A program made the translations under genes and the position numbers. A stretch of DNA of 34,832 bases from Amoebidium appalachense (lineage: Eukaryota > Protista > Ichthyosporea): NCBI GenBank assembly GCA_963693365.1, contig CAVNZM010000043.1, forward strand, positions 1 to 34,832. The letters run 5' to 3'. How positions within the stretch are numbered: the first letter of the stretch is position 1; every line of letters starts with the position of its first letter. The notes below the pieces were generated by a model. That model saw only the letters and a program-made list of their open reading frames with translations. It had not been told where the DNA came from and did no database searches. Positions 1 through 28,903 of this stretch are shown here, one piece after another.

Positions 1-127
1 TCCCTTCTTCTTACTCTAGGCATGTAGATTCTACATAGTTGGGGTGGTCTAGTTATTTCTACTCGCCCCCTCTCCTCTACTCTTATTCTAGGCTTGTAAT
101 AGGTAGTGGAGAATTTAGAAATTAGTG

Positions 128-960
128 TTCGGGGGGGGAATAGGTATTTCGGGGGGGGGGGGACTAGGTATTATAGCTAATCAGGTATCCGGGGGGGAGT
201 TAGGTATTTCGGGGGGTTAGGTATTATAGCTAACTAGGTATCCGGGGGGAGCTAGGTATTTCGGGGGGGGGGGGGACTAGGTATTATGGATCATATGAAA
301 TTTCAGCTAAATTTTATGTGTTCCGGGGGGGAATAGGTATTTCGGGGGGGACTAGGTATTATTTTAAAAAGAGCCTTCGGGGGTTAGGTATTTCGGGGGG
401 AGCTAGGTATTATTTAGAAAAGAGTCTTCGGGGGGAAATAGGTATTTCGGGGGGACCAGGTATTATAGCTAAACCCTTTCTACATAGTGAGCATTCTTCA
501 GCCATTTTCGAAAAGCTAAAACTTATAAATTCTATTTGTTACATGCACCTTATTTTCAAGAAGATTTTAGTGTTTTTCATACGAGTTTTATTCCCCCTTT
601 GTACCTTTAGTTAGTGAGGAATTTCCATAGTAAGCTTTAACTAAATGGTAGTATACTCCCCTGGTTAGCGAGCTTCCGAGAGGGAGTTAGGTATTATAGG
701 TAAACCTAAAAATGACAAAGAGCATTTTCAGCTATTTACTAAAATACGAAAGTGGTTACATTAGCCTCTCTCGAGCGCTAAAATTAGTGTCTTTTATATC
801 AATCTTATTTCTTTTCTTAACCTCCATTAGTGAGGAAATTTAATAGTAAGCTCTAACTAAATGGTAGGATACTCTCCTGGCTATATTTGTTCCGGAGGAG
901 TTAGGTATTCGAGCTAAACCCTTTCTACATAGTGAGGATTTTCAGTCATTTACTAAATAT
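128..960. repeat. Array of TAGGTATT(T)CG(n) / TAGGTATTATAGCTAA units, followed by duplicated blocks
   Basis: More than 10 copies of (T)AGGTAT at 141-465, separated by G runs. GCTAAACCCTTTCTACATAGTGAG recurs at ~468 and ~913; TTAGTGAGGAA...TAGTAAGCT.TAACTAAATGGTAG recurs at ~611 and ~827. Confidence 0.85.
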
Positions 961-2044
961 AAAAATTATCACATTCACCCAAGAACATTACTGATTCCTG
1001 CGATGTACTTCTGCACTCGTGCCATTACATGCACGATGGACTCATTAACATCCATGATCCATTCGCATACTAGATAGCTAAACAACATTCATGATAGACA
1101 CTCAATAACACTAATCATTAATGATTTATGCTATGCACTTAAGAGCACTACTGATTCCTGCATGATCACAATTGGTTCTTGCACTCCTATTATTCATATA
1201 ATTCATGTAATACCGTGCGTGATCACAATTTCTTCATATACCCCTCCCTGTTATTTATATACGTATGGCCTACCGTGCGTGCTCACAATTGTTTCATGCA
1301 TTCCTGTTATTTATACACTTATGTTATACCGTATGTGATCAGATTTGATCTATGCACTTATGCTCTGTCATGCACGAGTAACTCATTAACATCGAGGATC
1401 CCTGGATATTCAAGAAAGCTAAACAACATTCATAATACTAAATTAGTACCTAATATCTCATCTATGATAGCTAAGAGTTGTCTATTACATTATTGCTAAG
1501 AAGCATACAGGGACAGTAATGAGATTTATATATGATTACGAAGAAGTATACAATAACAACTATAAGAAGCATACATGAATAGCAAGGAGATCCAGGATAT
1601 CTATGAATAATCATGAAAACCATGAAAGCCATGAAACAGATCAAGATTTTGCAACTCAAACAAATGGAATTAGGTCTCTCTACTAAGACAGCGTGAACGA
1701 GTTTTCTTCCATCTAACAAATGAAAACTAAGTTTTATGGCTTCTATTTCAACAGATGTAAGTAGCTAAGATCTTTTAACTTAAACCGATGGAATTAGTGC
1801 TTTCTAGTAAGATAGCGTGACCAAATTTTGTCGACTCAAACAGATGGAAGTAGCTAAGATCTTACTACTAAACCAAATTCTCCAAGGTTATCTACTCATT
1901 AATACATAACAGTCTCGTATAAGATTTCAACTACGGATTATAACCTAGTTGGTACGATATACCTTCTTTCTATGCTTAATTTATATGTTATTATTATAAA
2001 CTAGATTCTCATCCCAAGTCCTATAAATGAAAACCAAGAGTTTA

Positions 2045-2122
2045 GCGTGTAGTCTCTGAGAATCTTACCGATAAGATTCAGTTGTCTCACATGTAAGATT
2101 GGGTTTCCTACTGATCAACCTG
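2045..2122 (-). ncRNA. Second, partial group I intron core (Q and R only)
   Basis: Minus strand GATCAGTAGGAAA (Q-like, ~2104-2116) followed by TCAGAGACTAC (R, 2049-2059). No clear S element. Confidence 0.6.
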
Positions 2123-2132
2123 CTCTTTATCT

Positions 2133-2321
2133 AGAGAGCTATTTTACTCTTACATCATGACGACTAGTACCCGATGAAGCTCTCTGTGTTTGAGAGCTGT
2201 TACACTTTTACATCCTGACGATAATACCTAGGTGACGGCTTTCTGAGAGTTGTTACACTTTTTACATCATGATGATATTCCCCCCGATGAAACTCTCTGT
2301 GTTTAAGAGCTGTTACACTTT
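2133..2321 (+). repeat. Degenerate tandem repeat AGAGCTGTTACACTTT(TACATC.TGA)
   Basis: Four related units at ~2135, 2192, 2245 and 2306. Confidence 0.75.
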
Positions 2322-2384
2322 GCCGTTTTTGTGAAATTCCTTTCTCAAGCAGTACATCTCTTATTCGATAGTACCTATCAAGAA

Positions 2385-2556
2385 TCTAACAGCTTCTCAC
2401 CCAGGTTTCTATGCCTATATGCGATATTACTTTATCAAACAGTATATCTTATCCCAAAGTTAAGATAATATTTCTACCGAGTTTTTGTAGAAACATTCTA
2501 TACACGCATTAACATATTAACGTCTGTCCACTGGTGTCAGAGTTAGGATTGTTAAA
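2385..2556 (-). pseudogene. rnl: Decayed mitochondrial large-subunit rRNA fragment
   Basis: Minus strand CTGACACCAGTGG...AACTCGGTAGAAAT...TAACTTTGGGATAAG resembles the conserved LSU run CCGACACAGGTGG...GGAACT.GGCAAAAT...TAACTTCGGGA.AAG with similar spacing. Confidence 0.6.
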
Positions 2557-3179
2557 GTAATTCTAACTATGCAAGTACTAAATGAATTGCGAGTTTCGAG
2601 TTCACAACGAATTGCAAGTCCTAGACGAGTTGCGAGTACTAGACGAGTTTGGGCTCCTCAGAGTGGAGCACCGCGAAAGTTCCGTAGGCTTCCGTAGGTA
2701 CCCAAGAGCATAAGTTTCTTAGCGATAAGGCTCAACTGAGACTCTTGGGCTCCTCAGAGTCCAAATTCACCTTGTACGAGTAAGGTGAATTTTCCAAGAG
2801 CATAAGTTTCTTAGCGATAAGGCTCTTTAGAGACTCTTGGGCTCCTCAGAACCCAAAAGCATAAGTTCCTTAGCGAGAAGGCTCTTTAGAGACTTTCATG
2901 ACGAGCTTGTCGTCGTATGATGATAAGAGCATAAGACTTTTCTCTTAGCGAGCAAGCTCTACTGAGACTCTAGTAAAATTTAAACCCCGAACTAAGATCC
3001 GCGATATTCTATTTTCTTTCTATCATATTTGACTTAGTACCATACATGATTGATTAGATCCTCCACTTTAAGCCTCTAAACCTAAATTTGGTACCAAAAA
3101 GCTTTTAAAATTCCTAGAATTAGGTAGTTGTAAACACGCAAGTAATACCTTAAATCTTTAAGCTCCTTTCACATTTTAA

Positions 3180-3340
3180 GGGCAGACTATCTCTTCAATA
3201 CCGTTCTATACATTAGTGAACCGTACTGTTTCGCATGTAGTCTCTGAGGATCCTAATCATAGATATCGATCTACTTTGGTTTCCTGCTGATTGTCCATTG
3301 TTACATCTTAAAGCTTTAGACGTCTCAGCATATAGCGAAA
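3180..3340 (-). ncRNA. Group I intron catalytic core (P/Q/R/S), organellar type, following the cox3 fragment
   Basis: On the minus strand, in the correct order: P-like TATATGCTG (~3326-3334), Q AATCAGCAGG (3283-3292), R TCAGAGACTAC (3237-3247), S AAGAGATAGTC (3185-3195). Confidence 0.85.
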
Positions 3341-3419
3341 TTTATAGTGGACTAATTGTGTTAGTACCACTGACCGCACCTTGTTTTACTAATGCCGATG
3401 ACACGAATAAAAGAAAAAG

Positions 3420-3815
3420 TGGAGTTAAGAATAGCAGTATTTAAAAGAGATACATATCATAGATTTAATATCTCAATTCTAGTAGGAGATCAAAGAAACT
3501 CCTAAATTAAAGATGGTGAAAGGCTGCTATGGAAGTAAACTCTAAAGAATGTAAAGAATAACCTAGCTTATGATATGCTAAAGGAAATACTTTTATTCTC
3601 TAATTAAAATTATTCATTAAATAATCCAAGGGACTACTCCAATGAACTCCTCCGAAGAACTCCTCGGAGGAACTATTTGGTTCGAAACCTGTAATCATCA
3701 TTCTATCTCCATTTTTATAATTATGAAATCCACATCTAGTACTCAATGAGAATACTAATGCAGCTAAAGTGGCAGAAATTGGCCATAGACTTGGTGAAAC
3801 TAGTTGGTATGTATT
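3420..3815 (-). pseudogene. cox3: cox3 5' half (cytochrome c oxidase subunit 3), decayed
   Basis: Minus strand reads TYQLVSPSLWPISATLAALVFSL (cf. HPYHLV.PSPWP). Further on it reads FSIS*ARLFFTFFRVYFHSSLSPS...W(TGA)SPTRIEILNLW(TGA)YVSLLNTAIL (cf. FIVSE..FF..FFWAFFHSSL.P..ELG..WPP.GI..LNPW.VPLLNT.IL). Contains stops, a frameshift and a GC-rich insertion. Confidence 0.88.
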
Positions 3816-3955
3816 GCTTATGAATGTGGACGACCATCAAGACTGGTAGCTGTCCTAATAAGATTATACATATGAGGATCTCAGAGTACCGTACCTAGTA
3901 CTCTTAAATCGATAGAAATGACTAGTATAGTACCTGATAGTCATAATTAGATACA

Positions 3956-4093
3956 ATTTAAAAATTTTGTACCTAGTACTGCTAATTCAATTTGAATTAA
4001 TACAGAGAAAGTTGTTCCTAATAATCCTCCAAATGCACCTGCTATAATATACATCATTCCTATATCTTTATGCTATGTCGAAATTAAGCATCT
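3956..4093 (-). pseudogene. cox1: cox1 5' fragment (cytochrome c oxidase subunit 1), decayed
   Basis: Minus-strand translation RCLIST*HKDIGMMYIIAGAFGGLLGTTFSVLIQIELAVLGTKFLN matches the Cox1 N-terminal motif RWLFSTNHKDIG..Y...G...G..GT..S.LIR.EL..PG. Has an in-frame TAG and is truncated. Confidence 0.9.
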
Positions 4094-5274
4094 TTATTCT
4101 TTACTACTAAGGGAGTAATTACAGCACTCTAAGATTTAGAGAGCCAGCTAGAGTCTCAGTAGAGCCATCTCGCTAAGAGAAAAGTCTTATGCTCTTGTCT
4201 TCATATTACGACAAGCTCGTCTAGTACTCGCAATTCACCCAATCATACTCTCGCATCAGGTAGAGTCTCAGTAGAGCCTTATCGCTAAAAGAAAAGTCTT
4301 AGGCTCTGGTCATTATACAACAACAAGCTCGTTTAGGACTTGTACCTCGTTGTGAACTTGCATTTCACTCGATCATACTCTCGCATCCGATAGAGTCTCA
4401 GTAGAGCCTTATCGCTAAGAGAAGAGTTTTATGCTCTTATCAATATACGACGACAAGCTCGTTGTAAAAGTCTCGTCAGAGCCACCGCTCGTCTAGTACT
4501 CTAATGCAAATAGTAAAACAAAGATACCAACTAAACGATACCTCTTTTAATAAGAATAAAGGTACTCACATATAATAGCTTAGGATTAAAATTATTTAAT
4601 AGAGTATACAATTGTAGATACTAAACAGTATAAAGAGAAAAAAAGGAACGACAACAACCTTATTAACCCTTAGGATTTACCTGCTCTAATAAATAGAATT
4701 AAGTCCATAAATTGAAGCACTGCAAAAGTTCCGTAGATTTACGTAGGTATCGAGTCTCACCAGAGATACTATTACATAACCTAGCATTGCTTTCAGGATG
4801 GTAGCTGAGGGATCAATAACGTATCACTGTAAATGATATCCTTCTAAGGTTCGAAGGTTGGAGCACCGCGAAAGTTCCATCGATTTCCGTAGGTACCCAA
4901 TTTCCTGATCTGCTAAAATTCCAAGAGTGGCAAAATCTTGGGGGTTTTAATAATTTACCCTTAATTGCATGAAATAAATCTAAACGAAAGATGATAAATT
5001 AAAGATACATAACTTGAAGTCTAAAACGAAGTGGCAAAGTTCATAATAGACTATTAGCTATATCTGCTTTAATAAGCATCTTTAGGAATGAAAACTGTTA
5101 TTAAGTCCAGAAATTGGAGCACCGCGAAAGTTCCGTCGATTTCCGTAGGTACCCAATTTCCTGACATGCTAAAATTCCAAGAGTGGCAAGATCTTAGAGT
5201 TTTAATAATTTACCATTTCAGGACTTACCAAATTGGGACACCCATTTTTTTGAGATCGGTATTTCACCCTGTTT

Positions 5275-5430
5275 TTGATTCGCCTCTGGTAGTTCACCCA
5301 ATCAGACTCTTGATTCGAATCAGGTAGTTCACCCAATCAGATTCTTGATTCGAATCAAGTAGTTCACCCAATCAAACTTTTGATTCTCCTCTAGTAATTT
5401 ACCTAATTATACTCTCGACTCGCCTCTGGT
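5275..5430 (+). repeat. Tandem ~35-bp repeat GTAGTTCACCCAATCAGA.TCTTGATTCG
   Basis: Units at ~5289, 5324 and 5359, with a degenerate one at ~5393. Confidence 0.85.
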
Positions 5431-6681
5431 GGAGTCTCAGTCGAGCTTTCTCACTAAGATAAAAGTCTTATGCTTTTATCCCTACGATCGACAAGTTGAT
5501 TGTGAGAGTCTTTAAAGAGCCTTATCGCTAAGGAACTTATGCTCTTGGAAAATTCTCCTTACTCGTACAAGGTGAATTTGGAATCTGAGGATCCAAAACT
5601 CGTCTAGGACTTTCAACTCGCCTCTACTTTTAAATTTTCCTAGTTTAGAAAAGTACTTCTATATAGTACTAAATTCCTACCTTTATGGTCTTAAGAGTCC
5701 TATAAACCCTAATTCTAATCTGTTAAAACTCCAAATTTCAGATCGTCACCCTGAAAATTGACATTTTGACATCTGCCAACATCTAAAGTAAAGCTACTTT
5801 TGTATAGCGTTTCTCCCATGTTTCTCCCCTCTGAAAACAAGCCAAGCCCTACAAACAAGTAAACAATCTTACGTCAGATATTGTTAAAGGCTTTGCATCC
5901 AGCTAAACAGAAAACGACTTATTTAGTGTTTTCCTGGAAACACATTGTAGCCCTGGTCGACTTGAGATTCCCTTTGATCGGATCGCAAAACGCAATATTT
6001 AAACCCATTTTTTTAATCGATCTTCATGATCAGTGCCCTAAAGATCGTTATTACAGCGCGGTCGAATACAGAACGCGCGCGCCAGCACTTTTTTTGTCAG
6101 TGTTATCGCCAATATTTCACGTAGCTATTATTTGGAAGCGGGGCCCCCTGGGGTCCCGTGTATACGTAACGCGTTGCCAGTAGAGCCCGAACTCGATGCT
6201 GACGCTGCTGGCCGTTCCATTTGCTTTGAATATGCATATAATAGTTTACTATCTCCTGTTAAAAAAATAAAATTTTAATACATAATTAGGCATATTAACA
6301 ATGATGTAATCGTGTGTAAGCGGCCCCCCCCCAGTAGTAGTCCCAGTCCCACTAGTACTGGGCCAGACCGACACCGGGCCTGTAGGTCCCCCATAACCTT
6401 ATTTAGCATTTAAAAAGATTGACGATTAGTTACAGATCATGTAAGCCTATGGCCATGTTACGTCACCTGCCTTCTTTGCGTAAATCAAGAAAAGAGGGCC
6501 TGTTCAACCGTTACAAAATCAACGAAGTGTACAGTGTTCAAGTGTACATATATAAGCAAGGGGGACGTTTGAGTTACCCGTAACAGCTTATGTTTTTTCT
6601 CGCAATTTTACATGAACAAAACTGCCAGTTCTCTGTGTATGTGAATTAGGTTCCGACATTACCCCCAAGCGCCAGGTCATC

Positions 6682-24308
<17,627 letters not shown>

Positions 24309-24641
24309 ACTGTGTGTTCGAATGTGGGTTTTTAACTTTTTCTTTCTTTTTTTTTTTGCTGTTTGTTTTTCCCTTGCCTTTTCTTTCCGCACCTTTATTT
24401 ATATATTTATCTATTTATTTTGTCTGTTAGATAGTGGGCAGGATGGTGAAGACCCATAAGGATAATAGGTAGGCTGGTGCTCGAATGGTTTTCATAATTT
24501 TTTATTGTTGTTGTTTTGTTATTTTTATTTTTTATTTTTTTTATTTTTTGTTTTCCTCTCGGATCGTTGTTTCATTTTTGTATTGTGTACCGTGTGCGCT
24601 GGTTGTCTGAGAGTCGGCGGCTGGCGTGTTATTTTATTTTT

Positions 24642-24672
<31 letters not shown>

Positions 24673-24807
24673 GGGGGGGTACTGCATGAATGAGACACAA
24701 CGAAGTGACCAGGACTAGAAAGTGTATATATTGGTAGGGTCTTGGTCTGGTTGGTGGGTTGTTTTCGTATACCTATCTTAGTTTTCTTTTTCTTTTTTTT
24801 TTTTTTT

Positions 24808-24877
<70 letters not shown>

Positions 24878-25361
24878 GGAGGGGGGAGGGGGGGGGGGAG
24901 GGGGAGGCGGGGAGGGGGGGGGGGGGGGGGAGGCGGGGAGGGGGGAGGACTTTTTTCCTGGCTATGCGTTTCAGCTAGAGAATTAGTATGAAGAGTATGA
25001 AATCAAGCTTTCTAGATTTTATTATTGGTGTCGTTGCATGGTCTCTGTGTCGTGAACAGCAGCCAAAAACTGTCCAAATTTTAAATTAAAACCGGAAAAC
25101 GTGGTTGCAAGTTTTGCAGGATCAGCCCGTCCGCTCTGGGAGTAACCCCCCCCCCCCCCCCCCCCCCCCCCGTGCCGCCGCCCCCGCCCCCACCCACACA
25201 CACACAAACACACAAATATAGATATTTCGAACGCGCACACACAAACAAATAGCCTAATTTCTTACACGCGCGCGCGCACACACACACACACACACATACA
25301 CACATAGTGCACATGCACACGCACACACAACGTACACGCACACGCGCGCGCGCGCGCACAC

Positions 25362-25419
<58 letters not shown>

Positions 25420-26876
25420 GCACACACGCGCGCACACACAGACGCAAACGCGCACACACAAACGCATGTGCGCGCATGAGACACACACACACACACACCT
25501 GTTCTAGCAGACTGTACGCTTATGGTGCACTGGGGTATGTACCACATGAAACATGCACAAGGTTGTGTAAGTAGGTGGGGTGCAGTGGTATCGATACCTG
25601 CGCATGTGCACTTCCACCAGATGTTCATGATGTTGTGGGAGGGCAAGAGGCCTGGGAGAGGGGGGGACCGGGGAGCCGGGGCCGGTGAGGGGGGGGGGGG
25701 GGGGACGTTCTGTACCATGATGTAACCGCATGATGCTTACATCACCCGCATCAATTGGTAGAGTTATCAAAGAGTCACATTCATAATATATCATGTTACA
25801 CCATATCTGTTACATAGCTACGGCTCTCCGGTTAGGTTGCAATAATTGCTTCGAAATCCACATATCCTAGTACTTGAATTGAAAGAAAAAAGTTAGTACC
25901 GACTCGGGCTAATAATCAGGGGTAGGCCTAGATGTAGGCTTTATATCATGAGTCATGTACATAATAAAATAAAAATAATAAAAAATAATAAATAAATAAT
26001 AAAAAAACGGGGAACCCCAACTAATTGATTTCTCTTTGTAGTCTTTATGGTGTCTCGTAGAGAAAGGAAACCCTGATATATAGTCATCATCTATGTACGT
26101 GATCATGATATACCGCTGAGGGGATATTCCGAGCAAAAACCCCCCCATACCTGAGACTGGTTTCTCTTTGCCTCGAGTAAACAGCGTAAACCCCCCTCAT
26201 GTACATGCCATTGTACTTACATTGACTCTTGCTGCAAAAACCCTATCAGAAAAAGTTAAAGAGCTAACCACACCGCCCAAACGACCTGACAGGTGTGGCA
26301 TGTGAATGCATGTTTCGTGTTTGGTAAAGGTGAAAAGTGCAAAGGTGATTTTTTTCTATCACGACACTGACGTATACCCGTAAACTACGAAGCTGCCCCA
26401 CATATAAGCGAAGGATTTGGAAGGGTGCAGCAAGTGTTGGAACCTACGTTTCGCCCACATTAGTCGTCTTATTCTACCTGCAACTGGCGCCACAGTTTAG
26501 TTTAATAGTGATGTGCACCCTAAAATAAGTATATTAGCTAAACACATCGGCGTGGCTGGGGTAGTAGCCCTGGGCAAAGTGTGTACTTATAGTCAGGTTG
26601 TGAAGGATGGTTTAGTTTAGCTGAACTCATTGATAGCACCTTAACTTGTGTACTGTCGGTGTTGTGTGGTAGACGGTAGTTTCCCTAGAGCTGGGCCTGA
26701 AAAGGCCCTCCGGGAACAAAACGTGATAAAAAAAAAAAAAAAAGCTAAACACATCTACTCAACGTTTTGTAATCCTTTGTTGTTGTTTTCTGTTTTTTTC
26801 GTAGGGAATCCAATACCTTATTGCACAGGTTTAAAATAATAGCTCAACCACACACACACACACACACACACACACC

Positions 26877-27932
26877 ATGGCCACATACACCATCCACATG
26901 CCCGACTGGACCCTTCCCTCCCCGTGGCCTACCACCGACCATCCGGTAGACTTCTGGCGTTCTGATGCCCCCCAAGTCACTCTTCTCGTCGGAGAAAAAC
27001 CGAAAAATAAAACAAACCCTAAGAATAATGCGGATTCCGGGGCGGGTGTTGAAGAGAATTCGAACCAAAATGCAACAGAAAAACACGAAGAAGAAAAATA
27101 CGACAGCATTATTGTACCCCGGGAATATCTGTGCGCCATTTCACCCGTTTTTGCTGCCATGCTAGGGGACTCATTGAGTGGCGAAAACACTACAGGCATG
27201 TCGTATGTGGAGGCACAGAAAGGAGAAATACGGGTACCAAATTTCGAAATTACGGACGTGCTTTCAATTCTTCAAGTCGCTGCCGTTCTCTTTACGTATG
27301 ATTGGCGCCCGGGATATCAACGTGGGAGGCGAGTGTTGATTCCCTCTTCCACAACTTTGCAAGATGAAATGACACAGGTTTCGCATTTTGAAGAGGATAT
27401 GGGTGGTGGTCCGGCAAAGGTGTGGCTCGAACACAAAGCACATACAACACTCAGAGCAGGGATAGAAGGGCCGGATATGCACGATGCGGAGTTTGTGCGG
27501 ATGATTGATATTGCGGCTTACTACCAGACGGAAAAGGTGTTGAAATGGTTGGGGGAGAGGGTTGCATGTTGCACTGAACCAAATCTGATGTGAAAGCGTG
27601 GAGGATATGGCTATATCATGAGCGAAAAAGAAAACGAGATAAGTGCTAATATGTGGGACACAGACGCATGTGTTTATGTTTATGCTGCGTTCGCCCGTGC
27701 TGAATATGAAGTGAGGTGGGATAGATGGATGCTTCAGTGTGTACTGCGGAGACTCACATACAACGAGGAAAATGGGCTCGGTTTACACGACAATTACTTT
27801 TATAGCAGCAGCAACAAAAAGCCCCGTACGATCAACGAGAGACATGAGAGATTGCTTCTTTCACTGCCCCAAAAGAGTCTCCTGCACCTGTGGAATGGCG
27901 CTTTGCATGGCAGCGAGATTAGAGACTTCTAG
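26877..27932 (+). pseudogene. Divergent BTB/POZ-like protein, paralog A; one in-frame TGA at 27591-27593 (pseudogene or recoded)
   Basis: ORFs 26877-27593 and 27618-27932 share a frame and together align end to end with 31734-32822 (TIHMPDW.LP.PW, DFWR.DAP.VTLL, LCAISPVF..ML, IA.YYQ.E.V..WL, WDTDAC, WMLQCV..RL, LL.SLP). VTLLV...IIVPREYLCAISPVFAAML resembles the BTB N-terminal motif. Confidence 0.75.
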
Positions 27933-28008
<76 letters not shown>

Positions 28009-28343
28009 AAAAAGAAAAAAATAAAAAAAAAGTAAAAAAAAGCCTCGTTTTCCCCTCTCAGCTTCTTTTTTTCTTTTTCTTTTTCCTTTTCTTTTTCTTT
28101 CTTTCTTTTCTTTTCTTTTCTTTTCTTTTTTTTCCCATCAACCCCTCGTGTGTATTTCGAATATTCCATGTCTTTTATTGCCATTTTTGAGCACCGCCAT
28201 ATATGGTATCTTTTGCGACTGGCTGGCCAGTCCTATTGCAAAATGCTTATTCATGCATAGCAAGCGCCGGGGAATAGTCAAACACACTGCAAAAGTAGAG
28301 GCTAATTCATTTAGTATACTATTTTTTTTTTCTTGATGGGGAG

Positions 28344-28374
<31 letters not shown>

Positions 28375-28903
28375 AAGGGAAAAAGGGGGGGGGAGGAAAG
28401 GGCCCAAAACAGAGCATCATCATCATTAATTCATTTCTTATCGGTTTTATTTCATTTTTATTTTTTATTTTACTAAAGGGTTTGGAGGCCCCGTCTTTCA
28501 TGTTTTCTTCGATATCCAGGTCTCTGCGAGAGTGTTGAGTTGGGTTTTAGGGTGCGGAAGGAGGGGAAGGAGGAGAAGGGGCGGGGGGGAACGGGGGGGA
28601 GGGGACGGGAGGGGGAGGAGGACAGGATATTGGTTTACCAAAATATTTGTGTACCTGAGTTCAAATGTGTACTAGTACTGACTTGTCATAGCTAGATAAA
28701 GACATTTGACAGTGTGCAGACTTTAAGCATCATATCTGTAAAGGGACTTCACTTTGTGTGTGTTGGGCCACTTGCACAGAATAAAGGAGTTAGGCAGGCC
28801 TTCTTCCAACGTCCCAAGCACACTAAAGACACCAGTTTATGAATAAAACTTGAGTCGTCTGGAATGGGCTTTATGTAGAAAAAAAAAATGAATGGTATTT
28901 CGT

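Larger units (their letters stand above)
2600..5620. repeat. Dispersed ~45-bp repeat family GAGTCTCAGTAGAGCCTTATCGCTAAG...CTTATGCTCTT in both orientations, plus a GGAGCACCGCGAAAGTTCC...CGTAGGTACCC family
   Basis: Forward copies at ~4151, 4263, 4393, 5432 and 5505; reverse copies at ~2705, 2797, 2857 and 2925. 2753-2837 is a near-perfect inverse of 5505-5589. Second family at ~2665, 4716, 4860 and 5116. Confidence 0.9.
1..5700 (-). other. Mitochondrion-derived mosaic segment (probable NUMT); right boundary approximate
   Basis: AT-rich and lacks the (CA)n/(GT)n tracts found elsewhere. Contains decayed cox1, cox3, rnl-like and group I intron core sequences, all on the minus strand, among repeat families absent from the rest of the window. 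Confidence 0.85.

Noticed and set aside
318-1719. ORFs 318-614, 1179-1499 and 1471-1719
   Set aside because: They run through degenerate repeats and show no recognisable protein motif.
4151-4440. Regularly spaced ~45-bp repeats resembling a CRISPR array (also 2133-2321 and 5275-5430)
   Set aside because: The intervening sequences are related to each other, repeats are degenerate and occur in both orientations, there are no cas genes, and the context is eukaryotic/mitochondrial.
4500-4600. Possible cob fragment on the minus strand (PLFLLK...LVGIFVLLFAL)
   Set aside because: Too short, needs a frameshift, and could be a chance hydrophobic match.
27591-27593. TGA as selenocysteine
   Set aside because: It aligns with Trp rather than Cys in the paralog, and I see no SECIS-like element downstream.
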